64,000 nt of DNA from contig CAXXVD010000002.1 in assembly GCA_963662335.2 (NCBI GenBank), positions 384,001-448,000 on the forward strand, given 5' to 3'. The notes under the pieces are model-generated. The model saw nothing but the letters and a program-made list of their open reading frames with translations, ran no database searches and was not told the DNA's origin. Numbering within the stretch: the first letter of the stretch is position 1; each line of letters begins with the position of its first letter. The DNA comes from Chloroflexota bacterium. GTDB lineage: Bacteria > Chloroflexota > UBA11872 > VXOZ01. This document shows, one piece after another, positions 28,325-39,723 of this stretch. Position numbers and translations under genes: made by a program.

Positions 28325-28404
28325 AGCGCCGGTTCGCTACCTGCGGGCACATCCGGTAGCGCAGGTTTGCTACCTGCGGGGAACGCGGAGAACAAGGAGC
28401 CGCA

Positions 28405-29568
<1,164 letters not shown>

Positions 29569-29701
29569 GGCGGCGACCGCTGTGAGTTGGCGAGTGCGTG
29601 GCAGGCGGCAGCGCCGCCACTGCTGACTCTCCGTAACCCGCCATTGCGCCAGCAAGGCGAACGGCGCGTGAGGCGGTTCCCTGGCACCGTCAGTCCGACT
29701 C

Positions 29702-29850
29702 CTGTCATTCCGAACGGAGCGTAGCGGAGTGAGGAATCTAGGGCGTTCAAGGCTTTGCGGCCGGCTGGGGCATGGACTCTAGATTCCTCGCTGCGCTCGG
29801 AATGACAGCAGGCTGCGCCCGAAATGACAGCCGGCTGCGCTCGGAGTGAC
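29702..29850. repeat. REP family D inverted doublet followed by three ~22-bp tandem derivatives
   Basis: TGTCATTCCGAACGGAGCGTAGCGGAGTGAGGAATCT ... AGATTCCTCGCTGCGCTCGGAATGACA; same doublet at 32163-32293. Confidence 0.8.
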
Positions 29851-29946
29851 GGGCGGCATGGCAACAGAGAGCCGCGCCCGTGTCCGTCGCAGCCGGTGTG
29901 AAGTTTGACGGCGCTGGCCGAGGCTATCGACAAGAGGGCGTCCCTG

Positions 29947-30990
29947 GTGAAAGTCCCGCTGCGCATCGGCGCCGTTGGCTTGGAGCACGACGAAATCTAC
30001 CGCGTGCTGGACCGGCTGCGCGGCCATGATGCGGCTGAACTGGTAGCCATAGCTGAGCGCGGCGGGCGGCTGCGCATGGCGGCGGAAGGACGCTACCGGG
30101 TGCCGGTGTTTCCGCGCCTGGCGCGGTTGTTGGCGGAAACGGCCGTGGACGCCGTTGTGGTAGCAACGCCCAACGGCGAGAAGGCGGTTACTATCCAAGA
30201 GGCGCTGCGCGCCGGCGCGCACGTGATCGCCCACGCGCCGCTTGCGCTTACACCGGAGCAGTGCGCGGCGGTTGAGGAGGCGCAGCGGGCGGCCGGTACC
30301 GGCGTGGTTCTGCTGCTGCCGTTGCGCTTCACGCCGGCCTACGTCCGCTTGCGGGAGGCGATTGCGCAGGGCGTACTGGGTGACATTACCCAGGCGGTCG
30401 TCATCAACTCGCAGCAGGTCACGGCCACGCCCCGCACGCAGGCCTTCTTTGCCACGAAAACGCACGGCGGCATCCTGACGAACCTCGCGGTGCACGACCT
30501 GGACGCGCTGCGGTGGCTGTGCGGCGACGTGACCGTGGCATACGCGGCAACGCGCCGCATGGGCCTGACCGAGCACCCGGACTTCGAGGACGCGGGCCTG
30601 GCGCGCTGCACCCTGGCGGACGGCGGCGAGGGCGTGGTGGTGTGCAACTGGCTCGCGCCGGAGACGGTTGGGCCTTATCACGAACTCAACGTTGTCGGCA
30701 CGGCAGGCGCGGCCTGGATCAGCGGCGGCAAACTGCAGATCTGGGGCGGCCCGCCACCGGAGACTTTGCCCGACGTTGCGGGCCGCGCGGCCTATAGCGA
30801 ATCCGGGCGCGCTCGTACGTCAACTGCCGCCCATACCGCCGCCGGCGAGGTGGACGCCGCCATGCTCGCCGCCGCGCTGGCAACGCTCGGCGATGATGAT
30901 GCGCGGCGGGCGGCCACGGACGACGCGCTGCGCACGACCCGCGCGGCGGTGGCGGCGCAAGCCGTGGCGTGGCAGAATTGTTCCCCTTAA
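29947..30990 (+). CDS. Gfo/Idh/MocA family oxidoreductase-like protein
   Basis: LRIGAVG, D.V.VATP, GG.L....VH.LD..RW; canonical EKP replaced by HAP. Confidence 0.8.
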   Translation: MKVPLRIGAVGLEHDEIYRVLDRLRGHDAAELVAIAERGGRLRMAAEGRYRVPVFPRLARLLAETAVDAVVVATPNGEKAVTIQEALRAGAHVIAHAPLALTPEQCAAVEEAQRAAGTGVVLLLPLRFTPAYVRLREAIAQGVLGDITQAVVINSQQVTATPRTQAFFATKTHGGILTNLAVHDLDALRWLCGDVTVAYAATRRMGLTEHPDFEDAGLARCTLADGGEGVVVCNWLAPETVGPYHELNVVGTAGAAWISGGKLQIWGGPPPETLPDVAGRAAYSESGRARTSTAAHTAAGEVDAAMLAAALATLGDDDARRAATDDALRTTRAAVAAQAVAWQNCSP

Positions 30991-31144
30991 CGCGCGTTTC
31001 CGTTTGTGCAGGGGCCGCCAACGAGAGAATATTGAATGCGTGCCCCTACCGCGTGAACGAGGCGCGCGGCGTAATGTGACCCCACCGCGCAATAGAGGAG
31101 CGCGCAGGATTGTTGCCAAACCAATTGCGCGCGAGGCGCGAACC

Positions 31145-32005
31145 GTGACTGAATCCGAACAGGCGACGCCGGCTTTCCTGGTTATCGGCCACGCCGCGCG
31201 GGACCTCGTGCCCGGCGGTTGGCGTTGGGGCGGCACGGTCACCTACGCCGCCCTGCTGGCCCGCGCTTGGGACGTGCCGACCGCCGTGCTCACCTCTCTC
31301 GCGGCGGAAGACGTGCCCGGCTACCAGGCGCTGCTCGGCGAGGACGTGCTCCTGCACGCGCTTCCATCACCAGTGACAACGACGATGGAGAATATCTATA
31401 CGGACGCGGGACGCCGGCAACTGCTGCACGCCAAGGCCGCGCGCATCGAGCCGGGCCACGTGCCGGCGGCGTGGCGCGAAGCCCCCATCGTGCTCGCGGG
31501 GCCGATCATTGGCGAAACGTCAACGCGCTTTGGCGCAAGCTTTTCCCCGGGGACGCTGGCCGGCATGACGATTCAGGGCCGGCTGCGCTCGCACCAACGA
31601 GGCCGCGTCTACACCCGCCGCTGGACCCGCGCCGCGCATGAGTTTCCGCCCTATACCGTCATCTTCTTTTCGGATGAAGACGTGGGCGGGAGCGAGCGCC
31701 TGGGCAGGCACTACGCCTCGCAGACCCGCTTTGCGGTGATGACCCAGGGCGACGGCGGCGCGACGCTCTTCGAACACGGGCGTATTTCGCGCCATGCCGC
31801 CTTTCCCGCCAATCCGCGAGACCCAACCGGCGCGGGCGACATCTTTGCCGCCGCTTTCTTGCTCCACTACGCGGCGAAGCGCGATGCCGCGGCCGCGTGC
31901 CAACATGCCAACGCCGCCGCGGCGTGCAGCATCGAGCGCGTTGGCGCCGACGAGATGCCCACGCCCGCACAGGTAGCGGCGCGTATGCGCTCGGCTCGCG
32001 GCTAG
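31145..32005 (+). CDS. PfkB family carbohydrate kinase
   Basis: IGH...D, GGTVTYA, T.G..GA, DPTGAGD.FAAAF; start inferred. Confidence 0.88.
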   Translation: MTESEQATPAFLVIGHAARDLVPGGWRWGGTVTYAALLARAWDVPTAVLTSLAAEDVPGYQALLGEDVLLHALPSPVTTTMENIYTDAGRRQLLHAKAARIEPGHVPAAWREAPIVLAGPIIGETSTRFGASFSPGTLAGMTIQGRLRSHQRGRVYTRRWTRAAHEFPPYTVIFFSDEDVGGSERLGRHYASQTRFAVMTQGDGGATLFEHGRISRHAAFPANPRDPTGAGDIFAAAFLLHYAAKRDAAAACQHANAAAACSIERVGADEMPTPAQVAARMRSARG

Positions 32006-32084
32006 CAGCCATCCGCTTTCTCGCCCTATTGCATCGCCTGCCGGCCGGTCAGTGCGGGAAATCCCTCACCCCGGCCCGCTCCCA

Positions 32085-32160
32085 CTGAAAACCTCAGCAG
32101 GCCTCTGAGAACCTCAGCCGGCCTCTGCGAACCTCGGCCGGCCTCTGCGAAACCCCGGCG
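32085..32160. repeat. 20-bp tandem repeat, about 4 degenerate copies
   Basis: CTGAAAACCTCAGCAGGCCT / CTGAGAACCTCAGCCGGCCT / CTGCGAACCTCGGCCGGCCT / CTGCGAAACCCCGGCG. Confidence 0.8.
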
Positions 32161-32376
32161 TACGTCATTCCGAACGGCGCGCAGCGGAGTGAGGAATCTA
32201 GAGTGAAGTTCGCCAAGAACCGCGACTCTGCTGAAGCGTCCCGCCGCTCCTGCGCCAAGACCCCTTAGATTCCTCGCTGCGCTCGGAATGACATCCTGCG
32301 TTCAGAGTGACATTCTGGGTGGCCGGCTACGCGAAGATCTCCACTGGGATGAGAAAACGCCTGCCGGTTGCGCCTC

Positions 32377-33786
32377 TTACCAGCGCCGCACCGGCTTCTC
32401 GCTCTCCAGCAGGCGGTGGAGCAGCATGTCCTCGTGCTGGCGCACCAGGTCGCGGGAACCGGGGTCGCGGGCCAGGTTGCGCGTTTCCAGCGGGTCTTCC
32501 TCCATGTCGTACAACTCTTGCCCGTCCGGGGTGTTCCAGAAGGCGTACTTGTAGCGGTTGGTGGTGATCGACTTGCCGCGCACGACCTGGTTGTTATCCT
32601 CGAACGCGCAGAGCGCGATGCCGGGCGCATCCGCCGCGCCTTCCACCACCGGCTTCAGGCTGGCGGCTTCCATTTCCCTGGGAATTTCAACCCCGGCGTA
32701 GTCGAGGATGGTCGGGGCCACCTGGAAGGTCTCGATCACGCCGTCCACCGCCGGCACGCGGGGCATGTCCGCGGGCGGCACGACGATGAACGGCACGCGG
32801 GTGGAGCCCTCCCAGAACGTCCCCTTGCCGCCGCGGGACCAGTCGCCCATGTGGTCGCCGTGGTCGCTGGTGAAGATGATGAGGGTGTTGTCCGCCTTGC
32901 CGCACTCTTCCAGCGTCTGGAAGAGGCGTTCCATCATGTCGTCGATGTAGGTGCAGAGTCCCCAGTAGAAGGCCGTCACGCGCCTAATCAGGCTGTCGTC
33001 CGGCTGCTTGGCAAAGCGGCCGCCGCCGTTTTGCAGGTGCTTGGGCTTGTCGCTGTCGTCGGCCAGATAGGTGGGCGAAACGTCCACGTAGTCCAGCGGG
33101 TACATGCTGTCGTAGGGCTTAGGCGGGTCGAACGGCCCGTGGGGCCCGCAGATGCCGCACCAGGCGAAGAAGGGCCGGTCGTGGTCGCGGGACACAAACT
33201 CCCGCGTGTTCTCCGTAATCCAGGTGTCGATGTACTCTTCCAACGGCAGCACGTTGCTAATCGCGGTCATGTACTGGCGGTAGTCGGGTTCGCGGCGCTG
33301 TTCGTAGATCAGTTCGTAGCCGCCGGGATGGACGGAGTCCAGCCAGCGGGCGTAGACCGGGCCCAAGGGGCCGGGACCCAGCGGCGAGCCGTAGGATTGC
33401 GTCCAGCGCGCGCCCTTGCCGCCGGTGAGTTGGGTCTCGTTGAAGCCCTTGGGCGGCATCATGTGAATCTTGCCGAAGGCGGCGGTGACGTAGCCGGCGT
33501 CTTGCAGTTCTTCCATGAACGTGCGCTCCCACGGCGGCAGGCCGGGCGTGCTATCCACCGCGGCTTCCATGTAGGTCACGCCGTGCTGGTGGGTGTAGCG
33601 CCCGGTTTGCAGGCAGGCGCGGGCCGGAATGCAGACGGGATTCTGGTTGTAGGCCTTGGCGAAGAGCGTGCCCTTGGCCGCCAGCGCGTCCAGGGTGGGC
33701 GTCTTGACCTTTTGGTTGCCGTAGCAGCCCAGGGTGTCCCAGCGCTGTTCGTCGGTGGTGATGAGGATGATGTTCGGGCGTTCCAT
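32377..33786 (-). CDS. Cys-type (formylglycine) sulfatase
   Basis: PNIILITTDEQR, CIPARA..TGRY (CxPxR), GKIH, PH.P, SDHG, ELYD...DP.E..NLA. Confidence 0.94.
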   Translation of the reverse strand: MERPNIILITTDEQRWDTLGCYGNQKVKTPTLDALAAKGTLFAKAYNQNPVCIPARACLQTGRYTHQHGVTYMEAAVDSTPGLPPWERTFMEELQDAGYVTAAFGKIHMMPPKGFNETQLTGGKGARWTQSYGSPLGPGPLGPVYARWLDSVHPGGYELIYEQRREPDYRQYMTAISNVLPLEEYIDTWITENTREFVSRDHDRPFFAWCGICGPHGPFDPPKPYDSMYPLDYVDVSPTYLADDSDKPKHLQNGGGRFAKQPDDSLIRRVTAFYWGLCTYIDDMMERLFQTLEECGKADNTLIIFTSDHGDHMGDWSRGGKGTFWEGSTRVPFIVVPPADMPRVPAVDGVIETFQVAPTILDYAGVEIPREMEAASLKPVVEGAADAPGIALCAFEDNNQVVRGKSITTNRYKYAFWNTPDGQELYDMEEDPLETRNLARDPGSRDLVRQHEDMLLHRLLESEKPVRRW

Positions 33787-34062
33787 TGGCTCTTGCTTCC
33801 TGTTGCCGGTAGCGCAGGATTGCAACCTGCGCCTCTGTACGTTCAATTCTCCAAGGCCGGCCTTTCCCGTGTCAGACCGCCGGCGCACGTGCCGAGCGCT
33901 ACACACTTAGGCGGGACTCAGGCTGGGGACAAAACCCCCGCGCAACATTGTAACACTGTGAGAGAAACTGAAAGACCGAACAGGGGCGCGCCCCGGCACA
34001 CTCGCTTGGCCACGCTGGGACGCAAGCGCCCGCGCCTGCAGCGGCGCAGGTTGCAAACCTGC

Positions 34063-34123
34063 GCTACCGGAGAAGTGCTACCGGAGAAGCGTTACCGGAG
34101 ATGAGCTATCGGAGATGCGCTAC
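34063..34123. repeat. 14-bp tandem repeat (4+ copies) extending from the end of a family-B REP
   Basis: GCTACCGGAGAAGT / GCTACCGGAGAAGC / GTTACCGGAGATGA / GCTATCGGAGATGC. Confidence 0.8.
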
Positions 34124-34158
34124 GCCCTTAGCCTTGGAATCGATGCGTTGACTGTGGA

Positions 34159-35007
34159 CTAGAGACTCGCCTCATCCGCAAGCCGCCTGGTGTATTCCAG
34201 ATCCTGCTTGACCTGGGCGAGTAGTTCGGCCTGGTTCATGTCCTTGAAGCTGTTCGGCCCCCGGTATTCGGCCTGGAACGAGGCGTAGCCGGTGTAGCCG
34301 ATGCGCTTCAAGTACCGGAAAGCCTCGGGGAACGGGATGAACCCCTGGTCGAAGGGCACCACTTTGGCCTGCCAGCGCTCGGCGCCGGTTTCCGGGTCTG
34401 CTTCCTGGAACTGCGCGAGGTTTTCCAGAGCCAGCATGGCAATACGCTCGGCAAGCAGGTCGAGGCCGTGAATCCAGCCGCCGTAACTGCCCTCGATGCC
34501 CATGTGTCCCAGGTCGGGATAGTAGCAGAGCGCCGTTGGCTCGAAGCCGTCCAGCAGGAGCGAAACCGCGTGGGTGGTGGCGGAAAGAGTGGGACCGTCG
34601 TGGGCGTGCACGCCGGCCTGGACGCCGTGCTTCAGGCACAGAGCCTCGATGCCGCGCAACCGCTCCCGCGCTGCCGCGATCTGCCGGCGCATCGCGCCAA
34701 AACCGGCGTAGCGAAAGTAACCGAGCTTCAACTGCTCGATGCCGAGGTCGGCGGCCGTGGCAAATACGTCTTCCGCGTGGGGCGACTGGGCACTGTCGAC
34801 GGCCGTCGTCAGCCAGCCAATTTGAAGGCCCCGGCTGCGGATGGCCCGCGCCGCCTGGGGCAGGTCGGTCTTCGCCCGCTCCGGCAAGACGTGTCCGGGG
34901 GAGCGCACGGTGAGGTCTACGCCGTCCATGCCAAGTTTCGCCACGGTGTCGGCAAGTTCGCCATAGGCGAGGTCCTCAAGCGGTTTTGAGAGCATCAGGA
35001 ATTTCAT
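34159..35007 (-). CDS. sugar phosphate isomerase/epimerase (xylose-isomerase-like TIM barrel)
   Basis: SKPL, DGVDLTVR..GHV.P, H.H.G, D.GH, EY. Confidence 0.85.
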   Translation of the reverse strand: MKFLMLSKPLEDLAYGELADTVAKLGMDGVDLTVRSPGHVLPERAKTDLPQAARAIRSRGLQIGWLTTAVDSAQSPHAEDVFATAADLGIEQLKLGYFRYAGFGAMRRQIAAARERLRGIEALCLKHGVQAGVHAHDGPTLSATTHAVSLLLDGFEPTALCYYPDLGHMGIEGSYGGWIHGLDLLAERIAMLALENLAQFQEADPETGAERWQAKVVPFDQGFIPFPEAFRYLKRIGYTGYASFQAEYRGPNSFKDMNQAELLAQVKQDLEYTRRLADEASL

Positions 35008-35246
35008 GGCACACGTTTCTCCTCGCCCACAGTGTGGGAGACTTGTAGAATTGCCTACTCTTTGCCGGGCGGTTGCGCCGTTGGCAGGTGGAAGCTATGC
35101 GCGCGCCTTGCCGCGGACGCCGCCGCGTCTCAGGCAGGCTTCCCATCGTGTTTCAGTATCTGCTTTGGCAGCATAGAATCTACCGGCGCGGGCTGTGGGA
35201 TGTTGTTGGACCACGTTAGCGCCATGCGCTACTCCGCAGGTAGCGT

Positions 35247-35714
35247 TCACTGGCCCAACAAAGGATTGACCCCTCGGACGTTGATGCCATAGTCGAAGAC
35301 GAGGTCGCCGCCGGTCATGCCGGACATTACCAGCAGGCCGGCGCCAATGGCGACAAGCGCCAGGAACGGGAGCGATGCCCCGCAGTCCGATCCTCTCCGA
35401 CGGGAAACTAATCGCCAGACCGTAATCGCGATGAAAAGCCCCGTAACGGCAAAGCTCCAACTCTGGTGCGTTTCGATGACCCCATGGAGTTCCGTCTCCT
35501 CGTACGGAAAATGAGAGATCAACCCGGAGACCGAGGCGGCGATAGCGCCAATCGTCCCAACCACGAGCAAAAGCCAAGTGGTCTGGAGCATCCAGGGCTT
35601 TGGCCTGACAACCGCATAGACGGTCAGGGCCGCCAGGAGAACAAGCAGGGCGATGGGAAAATGGACGATGATGGAGTGCAGGTCTTCGATGGTATCGGCA
35701 ATCAGTTTTTCCAA
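35247..35714 (-). CDS. DUF2231 family membrane protein
   Basis: LH..IVHFPIALL, SG, conserved H, G..GG.LV..YG. Confidence 0.85.
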   Translation of the reverse strand: MEKLIADTIEDLHSIIVHFPIALLVLLAALTVYAVVRPKPWMLQTTWLLLVVGTIGAIAASVSGLISHFPYEETELHGVIETHQSWSFAVTGLFIAITVWRLVSRRRGSDCGASLPFLALVAIGAGLLVMSGMTGGDLVFDYGINVRGVNPLLGQ

Positions 35715-35977
35715 GATTTCCTCCCAGGGTAGACTGCGCCCCTACAGGCGGATTGCGCCGCGCGGCAGGACTTAACGAGGGCAGTGCGACGGTGCGTTCT
35801 CCACGGCAACCTACCAGGCAAACGTCAAGATTCTTTGAAGAACAAGAATCAAACTACTGCGCCGCCTATCCCGCGCTGGGCCGGCGCTTGCCAACATCAC
35901 GGGCCTATGCTACCAGTTGCAACGTACACTTCCACCAGCCGATTGAGAGCACAGATTAGCGGCAGAGGCAACGGCCG

Positions 35978-36802
35978 TCACTGCCGGGTGCTGAGCAGCC
36001 GCCGCATCGTGCCGCCGAGGATTTGCTTCTTTTCGTCGTCGCTGATGGGCGCCAGCAGGATACGTCCGATCTGGTGCGTGGGGCACATCCAGGGAAAGTC
36101 GTCTCCGTAGAGGATTCTGCCCGCGCCGACGTGCGCAACCAACTGCGCGAATATCCCGTAGTACGCGACGGAACCGGCGGTATCCAGATAGACGTTTGGT
36201 TCCTCGAGTGCCACGTCGTACGTCCCGTCCGTCTCCGGGTGTTTTCTGCCGGCGCCGGCGTGGGCCACGATGAAGTGGGCGTTGGGATAGGCGCGGGCGG
36301 TGCGGCGCAGCACGTCCGGCGAATCCACGCCGTGGCTGATGAGCGGGAGCCGGTGCCTGTCCGCCAGTTCGAAGGCCGGCACGTAGGCCGGCCCGGCGAA
36401 TGGATATTCATGCAGGCTGGTGTGAAACTTGAAGCCGCGCGCGCCGGCGTCGACGCAGCGCTGCAACTCGTCGCGCACCTGGCCGGCCAGGTTGGGGTCC
36501 GGCACGGCGTAGGCCAGTAGACGGTCCGGATGCCGGCGCGCCGCCGCCAGGTTCATGTCGTTGCCGGCGCGCATGTCGGCCGTAATCGCCAGGCTGGAAA
36601 AGACGCACGTCTGGTCGATGCCCACCCGGTCCATGGTGCGCACCAGCGAGTCGGCGTCCGGCGCGGGCTGGTGAAAGCCATAGTACGCGCCCAGGTGGGA
36701 GTGGTTGTTCACGACGAACGTGTCCGTGAGCGGTTCGCCGCGCAGGGCGGCCTCGCGCAGGGTCATGGACTGGCCTGGGGCCGGTGAGGCTGTCTGTGTC
36801 AT
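35978..36802 (-). CDS. amidohydrolase family protein
   Basis: NHSHLG, GFKFH, SH, AHAG, LYGDDFP. Confidence 0.88.
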   Translation of the reverse strand: MTQTASPAPGQSMTLREAALRGEPLTDTFVVNNHSHLGAYYGFHQPAPDADSLVRTMDRVGIDQTCVFSSLAITADMRAGNDMNLAAARRHPDRLLAYAVPDPNLAGQVRDELQRCVDAGARGFKFHTSLHEYPFAGPAYVPAFELADRHRLPLISHGVDSPDVLRRTARAYPNAHFIVAHAGAGRKHPETDGTYDVALEEPNVYLDTAGSVAYYGIFAQLVAHVGAGRILYGDDFPWMCPTHQIGRILLAPISDDEKKQILGGTMRRLLSTRQ

Positions 36803-36922
36803 GGTTTCACGTCTTTCTCGCTGTTGCGTTTGGTGGCCACGCGCTTCGTGTTGCGGCCTTGTCTGGCGCGTCCATTCATCCTTCGACAGGCTCAGGACGA
36901 ACGGACGCTGAGCGTGCGTCGG

Positions 36923-37708
36923 TTAGACGTCGCAGTTGTCGATGAGGCGTTGCAGGCTGCCGCCGGCCACCGTGTCGCGCTCTTCTACAGAAAAACTGGC
37001 GTACGTGAGCCCCGTGATTGCCATGCCCGGATCCCACTCCGGCAGGCCGGTGCCAAAGAGCAGGCGTTGCGCGCCCCAGCGGCCGGCAACGTGGGCAATG
37101 GCGTCGTGGCCCTGAAAATAGGAGGTCTCGATGTACAGGTTGTCGTGCCGTTCCATCAGGGTAAAGAGCGTGCGGTAGTTTGCCGGCGGCTCGCGCACAA
37201 GGATGAGCGGCAGCGCGGGATACGTCCGCAGCGCCCACTCGATGAACGCCCAGGGGCGCGGTTCGCTCCAGTGGCGGTTGTTCGTGTCCAGGAAGAGGGG
37301 CACACGGCGCTCGGCCAGGGCTTCCAGCAGCGTGTCGATTTCGAAGGGTTCCAGCGTGAGCCGGTTGATGCCGGTGCAGAGCCGCGCCGCCCGCGCGCCG
37401 GAGTCCAGCAGTTGCGCCACGAGTTCTTGCTCCGGCGGCGCCTCGCCGGTGATTGACGGCATGACCACCCAGCACGGCACGAGCCGGTCTACGCCTTTGG
37501 TCTCCTCGATCACGAGCCGGTTGCCGACGGCGGGATGCTGCCACTTGGCGCGGCCGTGGGTGACCAGCGCGCGGTCGATGCCGTTCGCGTCCAGCGCCGC
37601 CAGCAGGCGCGGCACGTCGTTGGGCGTGTCGTCGTGGCGGAGGAAGATCGGGCCGAGAAAGACGTTGGCGTCGAAGAGGCGCGGCGGCTCGCGTAGTTCC
37701 GTCTCCAT
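36923..37708 (-). CDS. amidohydrolase-fold protein lacking metal ligands
   Basis: DANVFLG replaces HxH; LLFGTGLP replaces G.D.P. Confidence 0.78.
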   Translation of the reverse strand: METELREPPRLFDANVFLGPIFLRHDDTPNDVPRLLAALDANGIDRALVTHGRAKWQHPAVGNRLVIEETKGVDRLVPCWVVMPSITGEAPPEQELVAQLLDSGARAARLCTGINRLTLEPFEIDTLLEALAERRVPLFLDTNNRHWSEPRPWAFIEWALRTYPALPLILVREPPANYRTLFTLMERHDNLYIETSYFQGHDAIAHVAGRWGAQRLLFGTGLPEWDPGMAITGLTYASFSVEERDTVAGGSLQRLIDNCDV

Positions 37709-37857
37709 CCTGGCGCTCCATTCTCTGCGCGGCGGAAGTTTTTCTGATTATACAGGAGATGCGCGGAGAGATTCGGCGCGACATTCGCAAGCGCGGGGAT
37801 GTATCCTGTTCCCACGTGCACGAGCGAGACGCAGCCGCACTGAGCGAGGTGAGCGCA

Positions 37858-39228
37858 ATGGATGCTGTGGGCCATGGCCGTGGGCCGTACTTCCAGGTGG
37901 GCACAGCGCGCGCGCGCATAACGCCTTCGGTGGGCATGCCGTATCTCGGCTACGGCTGGGACCGGCAGGATTTCTTTCTGGGCGTGCATGACGACTTGTG
38001 GGCCAAGGCGCTGGTGATCGACGACGGTGAACGGACGGCGGCGCTGATCGCCTGCGACATGATCGGCTTTCCGCCCGCGCCCTTTGCCGCCGGGGTGCGG
38101 GAGTTGGTGGCGGCGCATACGAGTATCCCCGGCGAGTGCGTGATGCTTAGCGCCAGCCACACCCACAGCAGCCACGCCTCGATCGACCTCTCCACGCTAG
38201 ACCTCGAGTGGCCGTGGGTGAAAGACCTAGCCAAGAGCCTGGCTGGCACGGCGATTGCCGCCTGGCAGCAGCGCGAGCCGGCTTCTATCAAGGTAAGTTC
38301 GGGTGAGATTCACGGGATTTCCGAAAACCGGCGGGTGGTGCGCACCGACGGCAAAGTATATCGCAACTGGGACACGAAAGCGCCCGGCGCGGAGGTGCGG
38401 CGCGGGCCGATCGACCCGGAAGTGGGCGTGCTGCTGGCGCAGCGACCCGACGGCGCGCCGTTGGCCGCGCTCTGCAACTTCACCGCCCATCCCATCTGCG
38501 CCATGAGCCAGCCGCTGGTGTCGGCGGATTATCCGGGCTATGCCATGGCCGCGGTGGAGGCGGCGTTGGGGCCGGGCGTGACCGCGCTCTTCAGCCAGGG
38601 CGCGTGCGGCGACGTCAATCCGCCGGTGGTGCGGCGCAACGTGCGCGACGCGCGGGAAGTTGGGCTGCAACTGGGCGGCGAAGTGTTGCGAACGGCGGCG
38701 TCGCTGCTGCCGGACGAGATCCCGGCAGTGGATTGCCGCGTGCGGGTAGCGTCCAGGCGCGTGACGTGGGACTACCGCCCCGACTTGCCCTCACGAGAAG
38801 ATGCCGACCGCGCCAACGAGGCGGCAAGGGCTGCGGTCGAGCGCCTGGAGCGCGGCGGCGCGTCCGCCGCAGAGGTCCGCAAGGAGATCAATAGACACCG
38901 CCTGACGCTGGAGCAGTACGAACTCACCCGCAACGACGCCCGCCAAGAGGAAGGCGAAATCCAGGTGATGGCGATTGGCGAGAGCGCGTGGGTGGGCGTG
39001 CCCGGCGAGCTATTCTGCCAAGTCGGACTGGACATTAAAGAACAATCGCCGTTCACGCGCACGTATATCGTGGGCTACGCCAACTGCTACCAGGGGTATT
39101 TTCCGACGCCGCAGGCGTATGCGGAAGGCGGCTACGAGGTGAACGTGGGCCGCTGGAGCCGCTTCACCGCCGCCGCGGGCGCGAGCGTGCGGGATACGGC
39201 GCTGGCGCTGCTGCGCGGCCTGGTTTAG
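37858..39228 (+). CDS. neutral/alkaline ceramidase N-terminal-like hydrolase
   Basis: ITP, GVHDDL.AKAL, ASHTHS, NRR, NF.AHP, SADYPG, QGACGDVNP, PGE.F, GY.P. Confidence 0.85.
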   Translation: MDAVGHGRGPYFQVGTARARITPSVGMPYLGYGWDRQDFFLGVHDDLWAKALVIDDGERTAALIACDMIGFPPAPFAAGVRELVAAHTSIPGECVMLSASHTHSSHASIDLSTLDLEWPWVKDLAKSLAGTAIAAWQQREPASIKVSSGEIHGISENRRVVRTDGKVYRNWDTKAPGAEVRRGPIDPEVGVLLAQRPDGAPLAALCNFTAHPICAMSQPLVSADYPGYAMAAVEAALGPGVTALFSQGACGDVNPPVVRRNVRDAREVGLQLGGEVLRTAASLLPDEIPAVDCRVRVASRRVTWDYRPDLPSREDADRANEAARAAVERLERGGASAAEVRKEINRHRLTLEQYELTRNDARQEEGEIQVMAIGESAWVGVPGELFCQVGLDIKEQSPFTRTYIVGYANCYQGYFPTPQAYAEGGYEVNVGRWSRFTAAAGASVRDTALALLRGLV

Positions 39229-39723
39229 CCGCCACGCTACGGTGCGTCATCACTCTGAGAATAGCCGTAACTGAGCCGTTCGCCCCCGTATCGCGTACGG
39301 GGCAGGCTCTGAGCCGGGTCGAAGGGTGAACGGCGGATTGAGCGTTTAGCCACCCCGAACGCGCCTCTCTCCGTTCATACTTCGACGGTGGGCTGCGCGA
39401 AGCCCTCAGCCACGAACGGTAAGAGGCGCGTTCGTTTTCATTCCCCTGTGCGGCGAGCGGGCGGCCATGGTGATTGCCATGGAAATAGCGCGGCCGGCTC
39501 CGTCATTTCCGCGCACGCGGGAATCCATTATAGGCCCAGGCGAAGGCCCGTGCGAGTGAAGAGCCCCTCCCGCTACGGTGCGAGGATGCGGGGGACAAGC
39601 CCCCGCGCTACGTGTGCGCGACAGAGGCGGGGGACAAGCCCCCGCGCTACGCATCTCGTTTCCTCTCCTCGTCGGAGAGGGTTAGGGTGAGGGGAAACCG
39701 CTTCGTCTGGACTTCATGGCGCT

